Source: an uncultured Iamiaceae bacterium (GTDB lineage: Bacteria; Actinomycetota; Acidimicrobiia; Acidimicrobiales; Acidimicrobilacustridaceae). From it: a stretch of 64,000 nucleotides of DNA. Both the position numbers and the translations under genes were made by a program. The notes below the pieces were generated by a model. The model did not search any database, was not told where the DNA came from, and worked only from the letters and a program-made list of their open reading frames with translations. Location of the stretch: positions 81,242 to 145,241 of the forward strand of contig CAVQSE010000004.1 of NCBI GenBank assembly GCA_963715425.1, written 5' to 3'. Shown here piece after piece: positions 1 to 10,479 of the stretch. Position 1 is the stretch's first letter; the number at the start of each line of letters is the position of its first letter.

Positions 1-12
1 ATCGACGGGGGA

Positions 13-1044
13 GTGGTGGCGGTGCGCATCGCCTTGACCATCGCCGGTTGCCCGCTGCGCAACGAGATCCAGACGCGGGTCAGCACCGCGGTCGAGGCCC
101 TCGAGGGCATCGACCGCACCGAGCTCGACTTCACCGTCATGACCGACGAGGAGCGCGCCGAGCTGCGCCAGAAGCTGCACGGCGACCCGGCCTCGACGGC
201 CGGGAGCCAACAGGCCCACGGCCACGCCGAGGGGCGCGTCATCCCCTTCGCCGATCCGGCCAACACCACACGCGTGCTGCTCATCGCCTCCGGCAAGGGC
301 GGCGTGGGCAAGTCCTCGCTCACGGCCAACCTGGCCATCGCCCTCGCCCAGGACGGCAAGAAGGTCGCGGTCATCGACGCCGACGTCTGGGGGTTCTCGA
401 TCCCCAGGATGCTGGGCGTCGATCGGGCCCCTGTGGTCATCGACGAGATGCTGGTCCCACCGGAGGCCCACGGCGTGCGCTGCATCTCCATGGGCTTCTT
501 CGTGGAGGAGGACCAACCGGTCATCTGGCGAGGGCCGATGCTGCACAAGGCGCTGGAGCAGTTCCTCACCGACGTCTTCTGGGACGATCCCGACTACCTG
601 CTCGTCGACCTTCCTCCGGGCACCGGCGACATCGCGCTCTCTCTGGCCCAGTTCCTGCCGCGCTCGGAGCTGTACGTCGTCACCACGCCGCAGCCTGCAG
701 CGCAGCGCGTCGCCCAACGGGTGGCGTTCATGGGTGAGAAGGTCAACCTCCAGGTGCGGGGCGTCATCGAGAACATGTCGTGGTTCACCGGTGACGACGG
801 CAAGCGCTACGACCTGTTCGGCTCCGGCGGCGGCGCCGATCTGGCCGAGCGCCTCGAGGTACCGCTGCTCGGTCAGGTACCGCTCGTGCAGGCGCTGCGT
901 GAGGGCTCCGACTCGGGCCATCCCATCGTGGCCGTCGACCCGCACAGCGAGGCCGCCGAGGCCATCCGGGTCGTGGCCCGCCGGATCGACGTCGACCTGG
1001 CCCCCACCCGGCGCTACAACCCCGGACTCAAGCTGTTGTCCTGA
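13..1044 (+). CDS. mrp: Mrp/NBP35 (ApbC) Fe-S cluster carrier ATPase, probably 5'-truncated by window edge
   Basis: SGKGGVGKS Walker A, DADVWGFSIP, IWRGPMLHK, DLPPGTGD and ENMS motifs; N-terminal LTIAGCP (DUF59-like). Confidence 0.93.
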   Translation: MVAVRIALTIAGCPLRNEIQTRVSTAVEALEGIDRTELDFTVMTDEERAELRQKLHGDPASTAGSQQAHGHAEGRVIPFADPANTTRVLLIASGKGGVGKSSLTANLAIALAQDGKKVAVIDADVWGFSIPRMLGVDRAPVVIDEMLVPPEAHGVRCISMGFFVEEDQPVIWRGPMLHKALEQFLTDVFWDDPDYLLVDLPPGTGDIALSLAQFLPRSELYVVTTPQPAAQRVAQRVAFMGEKVNLQVRGVIENMSWFTGDDGKRYDLFGSGGGADLAERLEVPLLGQVPLVQALREGSDSGHPIVAVDPHSEAAEAIRVVARRIDVDLAPTRRYNPGLKLLS

Positions 1045-1137
1045 GCCCGGGGGAGGGACGCACCGTGACCCCCGCCTAGGCTGGGAGCGCGTCCGCCGAC
1101 CGGTGGTCGCGCCCGCCCGTACGACCAGGAGTGCCCC

Positions 1138-1374
1138 GTGGACGTTCGCATCGGTGTGATCCACACCCCCAAGGAGATCGACGTCGAGCTCCCCTCCGAC
1201 GCCGACCGCGCCGCGATCCGCACCTCGATCGAGAAGGCGATGGGCGACGACGACGCCGTGCTGTGGCTCACCGACCGTCACGGCCGCGACATCGGGGTAC
1301 CCGGAGCGAAGATCGCCTACATCGAGATCGGGAGCCCCGACAGCGAGCGGCGCATCGGTTTCGGCGCCGGCTGA
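1138..1374 (+). CDS. DUF3107 family protein
   Basis: MDVRIGV..TPKEI, LWLTD..GR, IAYIEIG, RRIGFG pattern; AGGAG RBS upstream. Confidence 0.85.
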   Translation: MDVRIGVIHTPKEIDVELPSDADRAAIRTSIEKAMGDDDAVLWLTDRHGRDIGVPGAKIAYIEIGSPDSERRIGFGAG

Positions 1375-1387
1375 GACCGGCCCGCCC

Positions 1388-2350
1388 GTGGTCCGCCCGC
1401 CCCGGCTCGAGCTGCTCGAGCGCCGGCTCCTCTTCGTCACCGGCAAGGGGGGAGTCGGCAAGACCAGCGTGGCCGCCGCGCTCGGGCTGCTGGCCGCGGG
1501 ACGGGGGCAGCGGACGCTGCTCGTCGAGATCGACGCCAAGGGCTCGCTGAGCGACGTCTTCGAGTCGGGGTCGTTGTCCTTCGCGCCCAGGGAGCTGGCC
1601 CCGAACCTGTTCGCCATGGCGATGGACACCGAGGAGTCGCTCAAGGAGTACCTGCGCCTCCAGCTGCGGATCCCGCTGCTCGGGCGCATCGGGCCGCTGG
1701 CGAAGTCACTCGACTTCGTGGCCACGGCGGCGCCGGGGGTCAAGGAGATCCTCACCGTGGGCAAGATCGCCTGGGAGGTGCGCGAGCGCCACTACGACCT
1801 GGTCGTCGTCGACGCCTCCGCCACCGGGCACGTGGTCGGCCAGTTGGCCGCCCCCGAGGCCATCAACGACCTGGTCAAGGTGGGTCGGGTCCGCGACCAG
1901 ACCGCGTGGATGCTCGACCTGCTCTCGGACCCCGTCGTCACCGGCGCCGTGGTGGTGGCCACCCCCGAGGAGATGCCCGTCACCGAGACCCTCGAGCTGG
2001 TCGAGCGGCTCGAGACCGAGACGCAGGTGCCGTTGGCCGCCGTCGTGGTGAACAAGGTGTTGCCCGAGTTGTTCGGCCGCGGGGAGGAGGAGGTCTTCGA
2101 CCTGCTCCAGGAACCCGAGCACGCGGCGCGGCTGGCCGCTGCGGCGGGGGGAGACGTGGGGCCCGTCTTCGACGGGGCACGCCTGGCGGTGACCCTGCGT
2201 CGCACCCGTGCCGAGCACATCACCCGGCTCCGTCGCGAACTGCCCCCCGATCTGTCGTTGCTGTACGTGCCCTACCTGTTCACGCGGGCCCACGGGCTGC
2301 GCGCCACGCACAACATCGCCGACGGGCTCGGCGCCGAGCTGGGGTACTGA
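1388..2350 (+). CDS. ArsA/Get3-family ATPase (Rv3679/BagA-like)
   Basis: GKGGVGKT deviant Walker A, APGVKEILTVGK, DASATGH, PEEMPVTET. Confidence 0.88.
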   Translation: MVRPPRLELLERRLLFVTGKGGVGKTSVAAALGLLAAGRGQRTLLVEIDAKGSLSDVFESGSLSFAPRELAPNLFAMAMDTEESLKEYLRLQLRIPLLGRIGPLAKSLDFVATAAPGVKEILTVGKIAWEVRERHYDLVVVDASATGHVVGQLAAPEAINDLVKVGRVRDQTAWMLDLLSDPVVTGAVVVATPEEMPVTETLELVERLETETQVPLAAVVVNKVLPELFGRGEEEVFDLLQEPEHAARLAAAAGGDVGPVFDGARLAVTLRRTRAEHITRLRRELPPDLSLLYVPYLFTRAHGLRATHNIADGLGAELGY

Positions 2351-2351
2351 C

Positions 2352-3533
2352 GTGCCCGGTTCACCGCCCGCGCCGCCTCCCGGCCTGCACTCGCTGCTGG
2401 CCTCGCGCGAGATCGTCATCACCTGTGGCTCCGGGGGCGTCGGGAAGACCACGATGGCGGCGTCGGTGGCGGCGATGGCCGCCGCGAACCTCGGCGGCAA
2501 GGTCTTGGTGCTCACCGTCGACCCGGCGCGGCGGCTGGCCGGTGCGCTCGGCCTCGAGCAGTTCGGCAACATCGAGACCAGGGTGCCCGACGAGCTCTTC
2601 ACCGCCGCCGGGGTGCAGCCCCAGGGCGAGCTCTGGGCCGCGATGCTCGACACCAAGGAGTCGTGGGACGCCCTGGTGCGGGAGCACGCCCCCGATGTGC
2701 GCACCCGCGACGCGATCCTGGCCAACCCGCTCTATCGCAACATCACCGGGAAGTTCGTGCAGAGCCACGACTACATCGCCATGGAGCGCCTGTACGAGAT
2801 CCACCGCTCCGGCCGCTACGACCTCATCGTCGTCGACACGCCTCCGACCCGCAACGCCATCGACTTCCTCGAGGCGCCGGAGCGCATGGCCGACTTCTTC
2901 TCGTCGCGCCTGTTGCGGTGGTTGATCGCCCCGGCTCGGTCCCGGCTGCTCAACGCCGCGTCCCGGCCCTTCTACACCGTGGCCGATCGCATCCTGGGCT
3001 CGCAGTTCCTGGCCGACATCGCGGAGTTCTTCTTGCTGTTCCAGAGCATGTACGACGGTTTCGTCGAGCGTGCCGAGGCGGTGACGCGCACCTTGTCCGA
3101 CCGGCGCACGAGCTTCGTGGTCGTCTCGACACTCGAGGACGGGCCCGCACGCGAGGCCGACTTCTTCATCGCCGAGCTCCGGCGCCGTGAGCTCAACCTG
3201 GGCGCGCTGGTGCTCAACAAGGTGCTCCCGAGCTTCTTCACCGACGAGGCGGCGTGCGAGCTGGCCACTGCGCTGGTCGGGGAGCACGAGAAGCTGGCCG
3301 CCGCGCTCACGGAGGGTCCGGCCGCGGGCGGCCTGGGGGACCCGGCGCAGGTCAGCAGGGTGCTGCGTGAGGTCGGCCAGAGCTTCCTCGACTACCGCGT
3401 CGTGGCCACGCGCGAGACCGAGCAGGCGCTCGAGCTCGGCCGGCACACCGAGATGACGGTCATGGCGCCCTACCTCGACCACGACGTCGCCGACCTCGCC
3501 GGCCTGCTGACCCTCGGTCAGCGCATCTGGTGA
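2352..3533 (+). CDS. ArsA/Get3-family ATPase (Rv3680/BagB-like)
   Basis: CGSGGVGKTT, TVDPARRLA, DYIAMERL, DTPPTRNAIDFLEAP; GTG start 1 nt after upstream stop. Confidence 0.88.
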   Translation: MPGSPPAPPPGLHSLLASREIVITCGSGGVGKTTMAASVAAMAAANLGGKVLVLTVDPARRLAGALGLEQFGNIETRVPDELFTAAGVQPQGELWAAMLDTKESWDALVREHAPDVRTRDAILANPLYRNITGKFVQSHDYIAMERLYEIHRSGRYDLIVVDTPPTRNAIDFLEAPERMADFFSSRLLRWLIAPARSRLLNAASRPFYTVADRILGSQFLADIAEFFLLFQSMYDGFVERAEAVTRTLSDRRTSFVVVSTLEDGPAREADFFIAELRRRELNLGALVLNKVLPSFFTDEAACELATALVGEHEKLAAALTEGPAAGGLGDPAQVSRVLREVGQSFLDYRVVATRETEQALELGRHTEMTVMAPYLDHDVADLAGLLTLGQRIW

Positions 3534-3554
3534 GCCGACGCGGGAAGATCGGGC

Positions 3555-5054
3555 ATGGCCAGCCTCGCTGAGCTCGCGCGCTCGCACACCCGGCTGACGC
3601 TCCACGAGGTCGACCACCTGCAGCGCCTGGTGGCGACCTGGGGGCTCTTGGCCGACCTGTGCTTCGCCGACCTGATGCTCTTCGTCGGCAGCACGCGTGA
3701 CGCCGAGGGGCGGCGTACCGACGGGTCCGGCGAGGACCCCCCCGTGGTCGTGGTCGGTCAGATACGACCGACCACGAGCCAGACCCTGTTCCTCCAGGAC
3801 TGGGTGGGTCAGGTGCTCCCGGGCGAGGAGCGTCCGTTCGTGTCGAGGTGCCTCGTCGCGGGCACGATCATGGAGGGCGAGTCGCGCGCCGAGCTCCGCC
3901 ACGAACCGGTGCGCGAGCTCTGCATCCCCGTCGCCTACCGCGGCCGCACGATCGGCGTGCTCACGAAGGTGTCGACGCCCACGGTGGGTCGCCAGCCCGG
4001 CGAGCTCGAACGGACCTACGTCGAGGTCTTCCACCGCTTCGCCCAGATGGTCGCCGCCGGCTCCTTCCCGTTCGCCGGTGAGATGGGTCCGACCGAGGAA
4101 GCCCCTCGGGTGGGTGACGGGGTGATCGTGCTCGACCGGGCCATGAGGGTGGCCTACGCGTCGCCCAACGGCGTGTCGGCCCTGCACCGCGTGGGGGTGC
4201 ACGCCAACTCCGAAGGCATGCGCTTCGGTGAGCTGGGCCTGCCCGAGGCGGCCATGCGCATCGCCTACGCCCAGGCCCGGCCGGCCACCGAGGAGATCGA
4301 GCGCGGACCCGAGATCACCGTGCTCATGCGCTTCATCCCCCTCGTCGAGCAGGGCGAGGTGAGCGGCGCGCTCGTGCTGCTGCGGGACATCTCGGAGCTC
4401 CGCCGTCGTGATCGGCTGCTCCTGAGCAAGGACGCCACGATCCGTGAGATCCACCATCGGGTCAAGAACAACCTGCAGACCATCTCCTCGTTGCTCCGGC
4501 TCCAGGGGCGCCGGCTCTCCTCGCCCGAGGCCAAGGTCGCCATCGAGGAATCGGTGCGACGGATCCGGTCGATCGCCCTCGTCCACGAGACGCTGTCCCA
4601 CGAGGCCGGCGACGACGTGCCCTTCATCGAGATCGTCCGACCTCTCGTCCGCATGGTCGAAGAGGGCCTCACCGCACCCGAGGACCCGATCCGCTTCTCG
4701 ATCCGTGGGGATGCCGGCACGTTGCCGGCGACGGTCGCCACGCCGATGGCGGTGACGCTCACCGAGCTCCTCCAGAACGTGGTCGAGCACGCCTACCCCG
4801 ACGGCTTCGACGGGGAGGGGAAGGTGGAGCTCGAGCTGCAGCGCGGGGGCGGTGTCCTCACCGTGGTGGTGCGCGACGACGGCGTCGGGCTGCGGGACGG
4901 ATTCAGCCTGGATGCCTCGACCGGCCTCGGCCTGTCGATCGTGCGCACCCTCGTGACCACCGAGTTGGCCGGCACCATCGACATGCGTCGAGGCGACGGA
5001 CCCGAGGGGCGCGTCGGCACGGTCGTGCGCATCGTCGTGCCGCTCGAGGCCTGA
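3555..5054 (+). CDS. pdtaS: Cytoplasmic sensor histidine kinase, PdtaS-like
   Basis: WGLLADLCFADL N-terminal GAF-like domain, PAS region, EIHHRVKNNLQ H-box, DDGVG and GLGLSIV ATPase motifs. Confidence 0.88.
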   Translation: MASLAELARSHTRLTLHEVDHLQRLVATWGLLADLCFADLMLFVGSTRDAEGRRTDGSGEDPPVVVVGQIRPTTSQTLFLQDWVGQVLPGEERPFVSRCLVAGTIMEGESRAELRHEPVRELCIPVAYRGRTIGVLTKVSTPTVGRQPGELERTYVEVFHRFAQMVAAGSFPFAGEMGPTEEAPRVGDGVIVLDRAMRVAYASPNGVSALHRVGVHANSEGMRFGELGLPEAAMRIAYAQARPATEEIERGPEITVLMRFIPLVEQGEVSGALVLLRDISELRRRDRLLLSKDATIREIHHRVKNNLQTISSLLRLQGRRLSSPEAKVAIEESVRRIRSIALVHETLSHEAGDDVPFIEIVRPLVRMVEEGLTAPEDPIRFSIRGDAGTLPATVATPMAVTLTELLQNVVEHAYPDGFDGEGKVELELQRGGGVLTVVVRDDGVGLRDGFSLDASTGLGLSIVRTLVTTELAGTIDMRRGDGPEGRVGTVVRIVVPLEA

Positions 5055-5059
5055 CGCGA

Positions 5060-5086
5060 GATCGGCCTCCCCGTGGGGAGACCGAT
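5060..5086. terminator. Hairpin between convergent pdtaS and whiB1
   Basis: ATCGGCCTCCCC-GT-GGGGAGACCGAT inverted repeat. Confidence 0.5.
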
Positions 5087-5139
5087 GTCGGGTCGCTGTC
5101 AGATCGGGGCCGGGCGTCGTGGCGCCCGGGACGGTCGGC

Positions 5140-5436
5140 TCAGGAGGCGCGGCGACGGGCGCTCAGCCACTGGCGGCGCAGCTTGCGGCGTTCCTCCTCG
5201 GAGGTGCCGCCCCAGATCCCGGAGTCCTGGTTGGTCGTCAAGGCGAAGTCGAGGCAGGGGTCCTTGGCCTCGCAGCTGTTGCAGACCGCCTTGGCGTTCT
5301 CGATCTGCTCGACGGCCGGCCCGGTGGTGCCCACCGGGAAGAAGAGGTCGGGGTCGGTGTCGCGACACGCCGACAGGTCACGCCAGTCGTCGGGCGCAGC
5401 AGACAGGGACAACGAGCGGGACGTGGTGAGGGCCAC
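5140..5436 (-). CDS. whiB1: WhiB-family Fe-S transcription factor, WhiB1/WblE-like
   Basis: C..DPDLFFPVGTTGPAVEQI..AKAVC..C....CL, GIWGG; GGAGG RBS before GTG at 5436; next to pdtaS as in mycobacteria. Confidence 0.9.
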   Translation of the reverse strand: MALTTSRSLSLSAAPDDWRDLSACRDTDPDLFFPVGTTGPAVEQIENAKAVCNSCEAKDPCLDFALTTNQDSGIWGGTSEEERRKLRRQWLSARRRAS

Positions 5437-5485
5437 GGTGCCTCCACTGATCGGGTCCACGACGACGAGGGTGACACCCGAGCAA

Positions 5486-5503
5486 TCGTGAAGCTGTTCA
5501 CAT
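5486..5503. promoter_or_regulatory. Rex-like (or CRP-like) operator in whiB1 leader
   Basis: TCGTGAA-GCTG-TTCACAT vs Rex consensus TTGTGAA-N4-TTCACAA. Confidence 0.6.
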
Positions 5504-5543
5504 GCCACCGCGATGAGGTCATCCGTGTGGCTGGGACGTCGTC

Positions 5544-5572
5544 AAGATAGCCCTCGCCAGAGTGCTTGACAA
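5544..5572 (-). promoter_or_regulatory. Sigma70-type promoter for whiB1
   Basis: Minus strand TTGTCA-17 nt-TATCTT. Confidence 0.6.
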
Positions 5573-5660
5573 GGGTCAGTTTCGTCACACCTGAGGGGGC
5601 TGCGCCGCGTGGTCACTCCCCCGCCAGCGCGTCACGATCCGAGGTGTCTAGGGTCACACC

Positions 5661-6353
5661 ATGACCGTCGTCACCGCGCACCGGGGGGCATCGGCGGCCC
5701 ACCCGCCGGGCAACACGCTCGCGGCGTTCTCCGGGGCCCGGACCCTGGGCGCCGACTGGGTCGAGCTCGACGTGCGCCTCACCGCCGACGGCACCCTCGT
5801 CGTGCACCACGACCACCACCTCGCGGACGGCGCGGTGATCGCCGAGCTGACCACGGACGCCCTCCCCGAGTGGGTCCCCACCCTCGCCGCCGCCCTGGAC
5901 GCCTGCGCGCCGATGGGCGTCAACGTGGAGGTCAAGGTGGATCATCCGGTGTCGGCGACATCGATCGGGGAACGCCTCGTGGCCGACACCGTCGCGTTGC
6001 TCCTCGAGGCGCCACCCGTCGGTGGTCTGGTGGTCTCGTGCTTCGACTGGTCGGTGGCGGACCGGATCGCCCGCGAGGCGCCCTCCCTGCCCACCGCGCT
6101 GTTGGCCTTCGACCTGGCCGACGGGCGCGACATCGTCGAGGCGGCCCGGGCCGGAGGTCACCGCGCCGTGAACCCGTGGGATCCGTTCGTGACGCCCGAG
6201 CTGGTGGAGCGGGCCCATGGCGTCGGCATCGAGGTCCACAGCTGGACCGTCGATGATCCCCACCGGATGGCCGCACTGGTGGCGATGGGCGTCGACGGCA
6301 TCATCACCAACGTGCCCGACGTGGCCCGAGGTGTGCTCGACGCCGCGCCCTAG
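5661..6353 (+). CDS. Glycerophosphodiester phosphodiesterase
   Basis: AHRGAS, ELDVRLTADG..VVHHD, NVEVK, WTVDD, GVDGIITN. Confidence 0.9.
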   Translation: MTVVTAHRGASAAHPPGNTLAAFSGARTLGADWVELDVRLTADGTLVVHHDHHLADGAVIAELTTDALPEWVPTLAAALDACAPMGVNVEVKVDHPVSATSIGERLVADTVALLLEAPPVGGLVVSCFDWSVADRIAREAPSLPTALLAFDLADGRDIVEAARAGGHRAVNPWDPFVTPELVERAHGVGIEVHSWTVDDPHRMAALVAMGVDGIITNVPDVARGVLDAAP

Positions 6354-6390
6354 CGGGAGCGCCGGGCGGGGGGCGTTCGGCCTCGCTCGG

Positions 6391-7335
6391 TCAGTGCATC
6401 CGGCCGACGGACGTGGCGGTCGGCGGGACGACCAGGCCCAGCACCGAGGGCTCGTGGCGGAGGCTCAGATGCTCCACCTCGCCCAGGTAGTCGCCGTCGA
6501 CCTGGAAGGGGAAGGGCCCGTAGCCGATGATCTCGATCGAGGTCACGTCGTCGGCGTGGGCCACGTGCCGGCTCGAACGCAGCCGACGGCCCGATCCGAG
6601 GGCGGAGGCCACGACCCCCAGGAGGGGGACGGCGTCGAGGGTGCGCAGGGTCACCACCGAGAGCGCATGGTCCAGGTCGGCCGCGGGCGCGACGGTGAAC
6701 GGCCGTGTGCCGACGAAGGTGTACGGGTCGGAGTTCTCGCAGATCGTGAACACCCCGTCGTCGACCGTGGGTCGTCCCTCGACCCGCACGGCGAACCGGG
6801 GGCGGTCGCGTTCGTAGTGGCGCCACCACGTGTCGACGGCAGCCCAGGCGAACAGGGCGTGGCTGGCCCAGCGCTTCAGCGAGCCCCGTCGCTCGACCTG
6901 GGCGACGACGGCCGCATCGAAACCGACGCCGACGTGGAACAGGAAGTAGCGATCGTTGGCCACCCCGAGCCCGATGCGGTGGATGGCGTCGGCGGCCAGA
7001 GCGTCGAGCAGCAACCCCGTGGCCTCGATCGGGTCGTCGGGCAGGCCGAGGGTCCGGGCGAAGACGTTCGTCGAGCCTCCGGGCAACGTGGCCAGCGCGG
7101 TGGAGGTGCCGGCCAGTCCGTTCGCCGCCTCGTTCAGCGTGCCGTCGCCCCCGAGGACCGCGACGACGTCGATGCCGTCGGCGGCCGCGCCCCGGGCCAG
7201 CCGGGTGGCGTGGCCGCGCCGGGAGGTCTCGGCCACCGTCACGTCGTGGTCGGCGGCGAGGGCCTTGGCGATGACCACCCGACCCCGGGCCGTGACCGAC
7301 GAGGCGGAGGCGTTGACGATGAGCAGGACTCGCAC
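6391..7335 (-). CDS. Diacylglycerol/lipid kinase family protein (Rv3218-like)
   Basis: LIVNASAS, GGDGTLNE, LPGGSTNVFAR, QVDGDYLG. Confidence 0.88.
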   Translation of the reverse strand: MRVLLIVNASASSVTARGRVVIAKALAADHDVTVAETSRRGHATRLARGAAADGIDVVAVLGGDGTLNEAANGLAGTSTALATLPGGSTNVFARTLGLPDDPIEATGLLLDALAADAIHRIGLGVANDRYFLFHVGVGFDAAVVAQVERRGSLKRWASHALFAWAAVDTWWRHYERDRPRFAVRVEGRPTVDDGVFTICENSDPYTFVGTRPFTVAPAADLDHALSVVTLRTLDAVPLLGVVASALGSGRRLRSSRHVAHADDVTSIEIIGYGPFPFQVDGDYLGEVEHLSLRHEPSVLGLVVPPTATSVGRMH

Positions 7336-7438
7336 GAGAACGGCGACGGTAGCGGAGCGCCGGTGCCTCGAGGGTCCCGTGGCCCGCGGGCTGCCGCGAA
7401 TTTGGCCCTCAGCCGGCTGAGCGTCGAGAATGACGCCC

Positions 7439-8218
7439 ATGAACGTCGTCGTCTGCGTCAAGCAGATCCCGGACCCGGCTGACCCGGGTGCGTTGGATCC
7501 CACCACCAAGACTCTCGAGCGGGGCGGGAAGCTCATTCTCGACGAGTCCGATTCCTACGGGGTCGAGATGGCCCTCCAGCTCGTCACCGCGGCCGGAGGC
7601 GGCGAGGTCACCCTCGTCTCCATGGCCCCCAACGACGAGGTGAGCGGATTGCGCACCGCCCTCGCCATGGGCGCGGCCAAGGCCATCCTCGTGAGCGACC
7701 CGGCCCTGGCCGGCTCCGACGCCCTCGGCACGGCCAAGGTCCTGGCCAAGGCCATCGAGAAGGTGGACGGAGCCGATCTGGTGCTCACCGCCACCGAGTC
7801 GAGCGACGGCTACACCGGCACCGTGCCCGAGCAGATCGCCGGCCTGCTCGACCTGCCGTCGGTCACCTTCGCCAAGCAGATCGAGATCGACGGCTCCACC
7901 GTCAAGGTGCAGCGCCAGACCGACAACGGCTACGACGACGTCGAGTGCCCGCTGCCCGCCGTGGTCTCGGTCACCGCCGGTGTCGTCGAGCCCCGCTACC
8001 CCTCGTTCAAGGGGATCATGGCCGCCAAGTCCAAGCCGGTGGAGAACCTCACCGTCGCCGACCTCGGCCTCGACGGCCAGGTCGGATGGGCCGGCGCCGG
8101 GCAGGAGATCGTGTCCATCGAGGCCGCCGCCGCCCGTGAGGCGGGCGAGGTCGTCGAGGACGACGGCACGGGCTTCGAGAAGATCGTCGCCTACCTCGAC
8201 AACCTCAAGGTCATCTAG
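7439..8218 (+). CDS. etfB: Electron transfer flavoprotein beta subunit
   Basis: VVCVKQIPD, ALAMGA, EPRYPSFKGIMAAKSKP. Confidence 0.93.
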   Translation: MNVVVCVKQIPDPADPGALDPTTKTLERGGKLILDESDSYGVEMALQLVTAAGGGEVTLVSMAPNDEVSGLRTALAMGAAKAILVSDPALAGSDALGTAKVLAKAIEKVDGADLVLTATESSDGYTGTVPEQIAGLLDLPSVTFAKQIEIDGSTVKVQRQTDNGYDDVECPLPAVVSVTAGVVEPRYPSFKGIMAAKSKPVENLTVADLGLDGQVGWAGAGQEIVSIEAAAAREAGEVVEDDGTGFEKIVAYLDNLKVI

Positions 8219-8231
8219 GTCACAGGAGAAC

Positions 8232-9203
<972 letters not shown>

Positions 9204-9245
9204 CGGCCCGCTCGTCCGGCCCCTCGGGGCCGGCCAGTCGTGGTT

Positions 9246-9273
9246 CGAGGTCCCGGCTCCGGCCGGGACCTCG
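9246..9273. terminator. Hairpin between convergent etfA and SCO1664-family gene
   Basis: CGAGGTCCCGGC-TCCG-GCCGGGACCTCG. Confidence 0.5.
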
Positions 9274-9280
9274 GCGCGTC

Positions 9281-9991
9281 TCAGACCAGGGGCCAGGGGT
9301 AGCGCTGCCCGCTCGGATCGGTCGGCAGCTCACCGCTTCGCACCAGCGCTCGTGCCCGGGCCAGGACCGCGTCTCGTTCGAAGGCGCCGAGCAGCTCGGC
9401 CAGCGCGTCGGGAAGCCCTTCGGTGGCGAGGCGGTCGAGGTCGGCCAGCGCGTCGTCGTCGATGGGCTCACCGCCGAAGTCCCAGATCACGGTGCGCAGC
9501 TTGAAGTCGGCGTGGAACGACAGACCGTTGTCGATCCCCCAGATGTGACCGTCGGCGTCGATGAGGCAGTGGCCGCTCTTGCGGTCGGTGTTGTTGGCCA
9601 CGACGTCGAACGCCGCCATCCGCCGGAACCGGTCGTGGTGGACCTCGTCGTCGAGCAGCGTGAAGTAGTGCTGCTCGAAGTCGGCGTCGACGAAGGCCTG
9701 GAGCGATCCGATGCCGAGCGGTCCCTCCTCTCGCACGATCGTGAGGGGAACCAGATCCCACCCGAGGGCGGCGCTGAGCTCGTAGGCCGCGACCTCGCGG
9801 CGGTAGAGACCGTCGGGGAAGTCCCAGAGCGGCCGCTCGCCCCTGTGCGGCTTGTAGATCGCCCGGGCGGCCGTGCCGTCCAGGCAGAGCTCGGCGAGGA
9901 ACGTGCCGTTCGAGCTCCAGGGCATGCGCCCGACGATCTCCAGCTCGCCCCGGGCGAGCAGGTCGCGTGGCGTCAGTTCATTCGGGGGCAC
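9281..9991 (-). CDS. SCO1664 family protein (PI3/PI4-kinase-like fold)
   Basis: SSNGTF, IYKP..GERPLWDFPDG, REVAAY, NNTDRKSGH, IDNGLSFH, KLRTVIWDF, YPWP C-terminus. Confidence 0.88.
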   Translation of the reverse strand: MPPNELTPRDLLARGELEIVGRMPWSSNGTFLAELCLDGTAARAIYKPHRGERPLWDFPDGLYRREVAAYELSAALGWDLVPLTIVREEGPLGIGSLQAFVDADFEQHYFTLLDDEVHHDRFRRMAAFDVVANNTDRKSGHCLIDADGHIWGIDNGLSFHADFKLRTVIWDFGGEPIDDDALADLDRLATEGLPDALAELLGAFERDAVLARARALVRSGELPTDPSGQRYPWPLV

Positions 9992-10479
9992 GCGTGCCTC
10001 CCGGGGCCCATCGGCTGGCTGCACAGGGGGCACGGTGGCCGTCCCGCCGCGACGAGCTCTCGTCCGGCGCGGATGAACCCGGCGACCTGGGTTCGGGTCA
10101 TGCGGATCCGGGCGCTGGGTGGGCCGTCGCCGAGCCCTTCGTCCTCGACGGCCTCCTCGAAGGGCTCGGCGACGACGAGGATGCGGTCGTCGCCCTCCTC
10201 GTAGGCCACGGCGAGCGCGCCGACGGGCCAGGAGGTGATGGCCGTCAGCGGGTCCGGGGAGCCGCACGGCTCGGGGATCTGCTCCTCGTCGATCGGTGGG
10301 AGGTCGGAGAGGATGCCGGCGAGGTAGTCGCACAGCGCGGCGACCTGCGACTTCTCGATCTTGAACAGCACCGGGACCTTGTCGTGGACCACCTGGAGGA
10401 GGAAGAGGCGGTCGCCCGGCTCGCCGATCGTGCAGGGCATCACCAGATCGGGTGCCGGGAAGTCGAACGATTCGAGCAT
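9973..10479 (-). CDS. DUF3090 family protein
   Basis: IGEPGDRLFLLQ, KIEKSQVAAL, AGRPPCPLC..P...HACPRMN. Confidence 0.85.
   Translation of the reverse strand: MLESFDFPAPDLVMPCTIGEPGDRLFLLQVVHDKVPVLFKIEKSQVAALCDYLAGILSDLPPIDEEQIPEPCGSPDPLTAITSWPVGALAVAYEEGDDRILVVAEPFEEAVEDEGLGDGPPSARIRMTRTQVAGFIRAGRELVAAGRPPCPLCSQPMGPGRHACPRMN

Noticed and set aside
1388-3533. Arsenic resistance operon
   Set aside because: No arsR/B/C/D nearby; the tandem single-domain pair matches the Rv3679/Rv3680-type Get3-like clade
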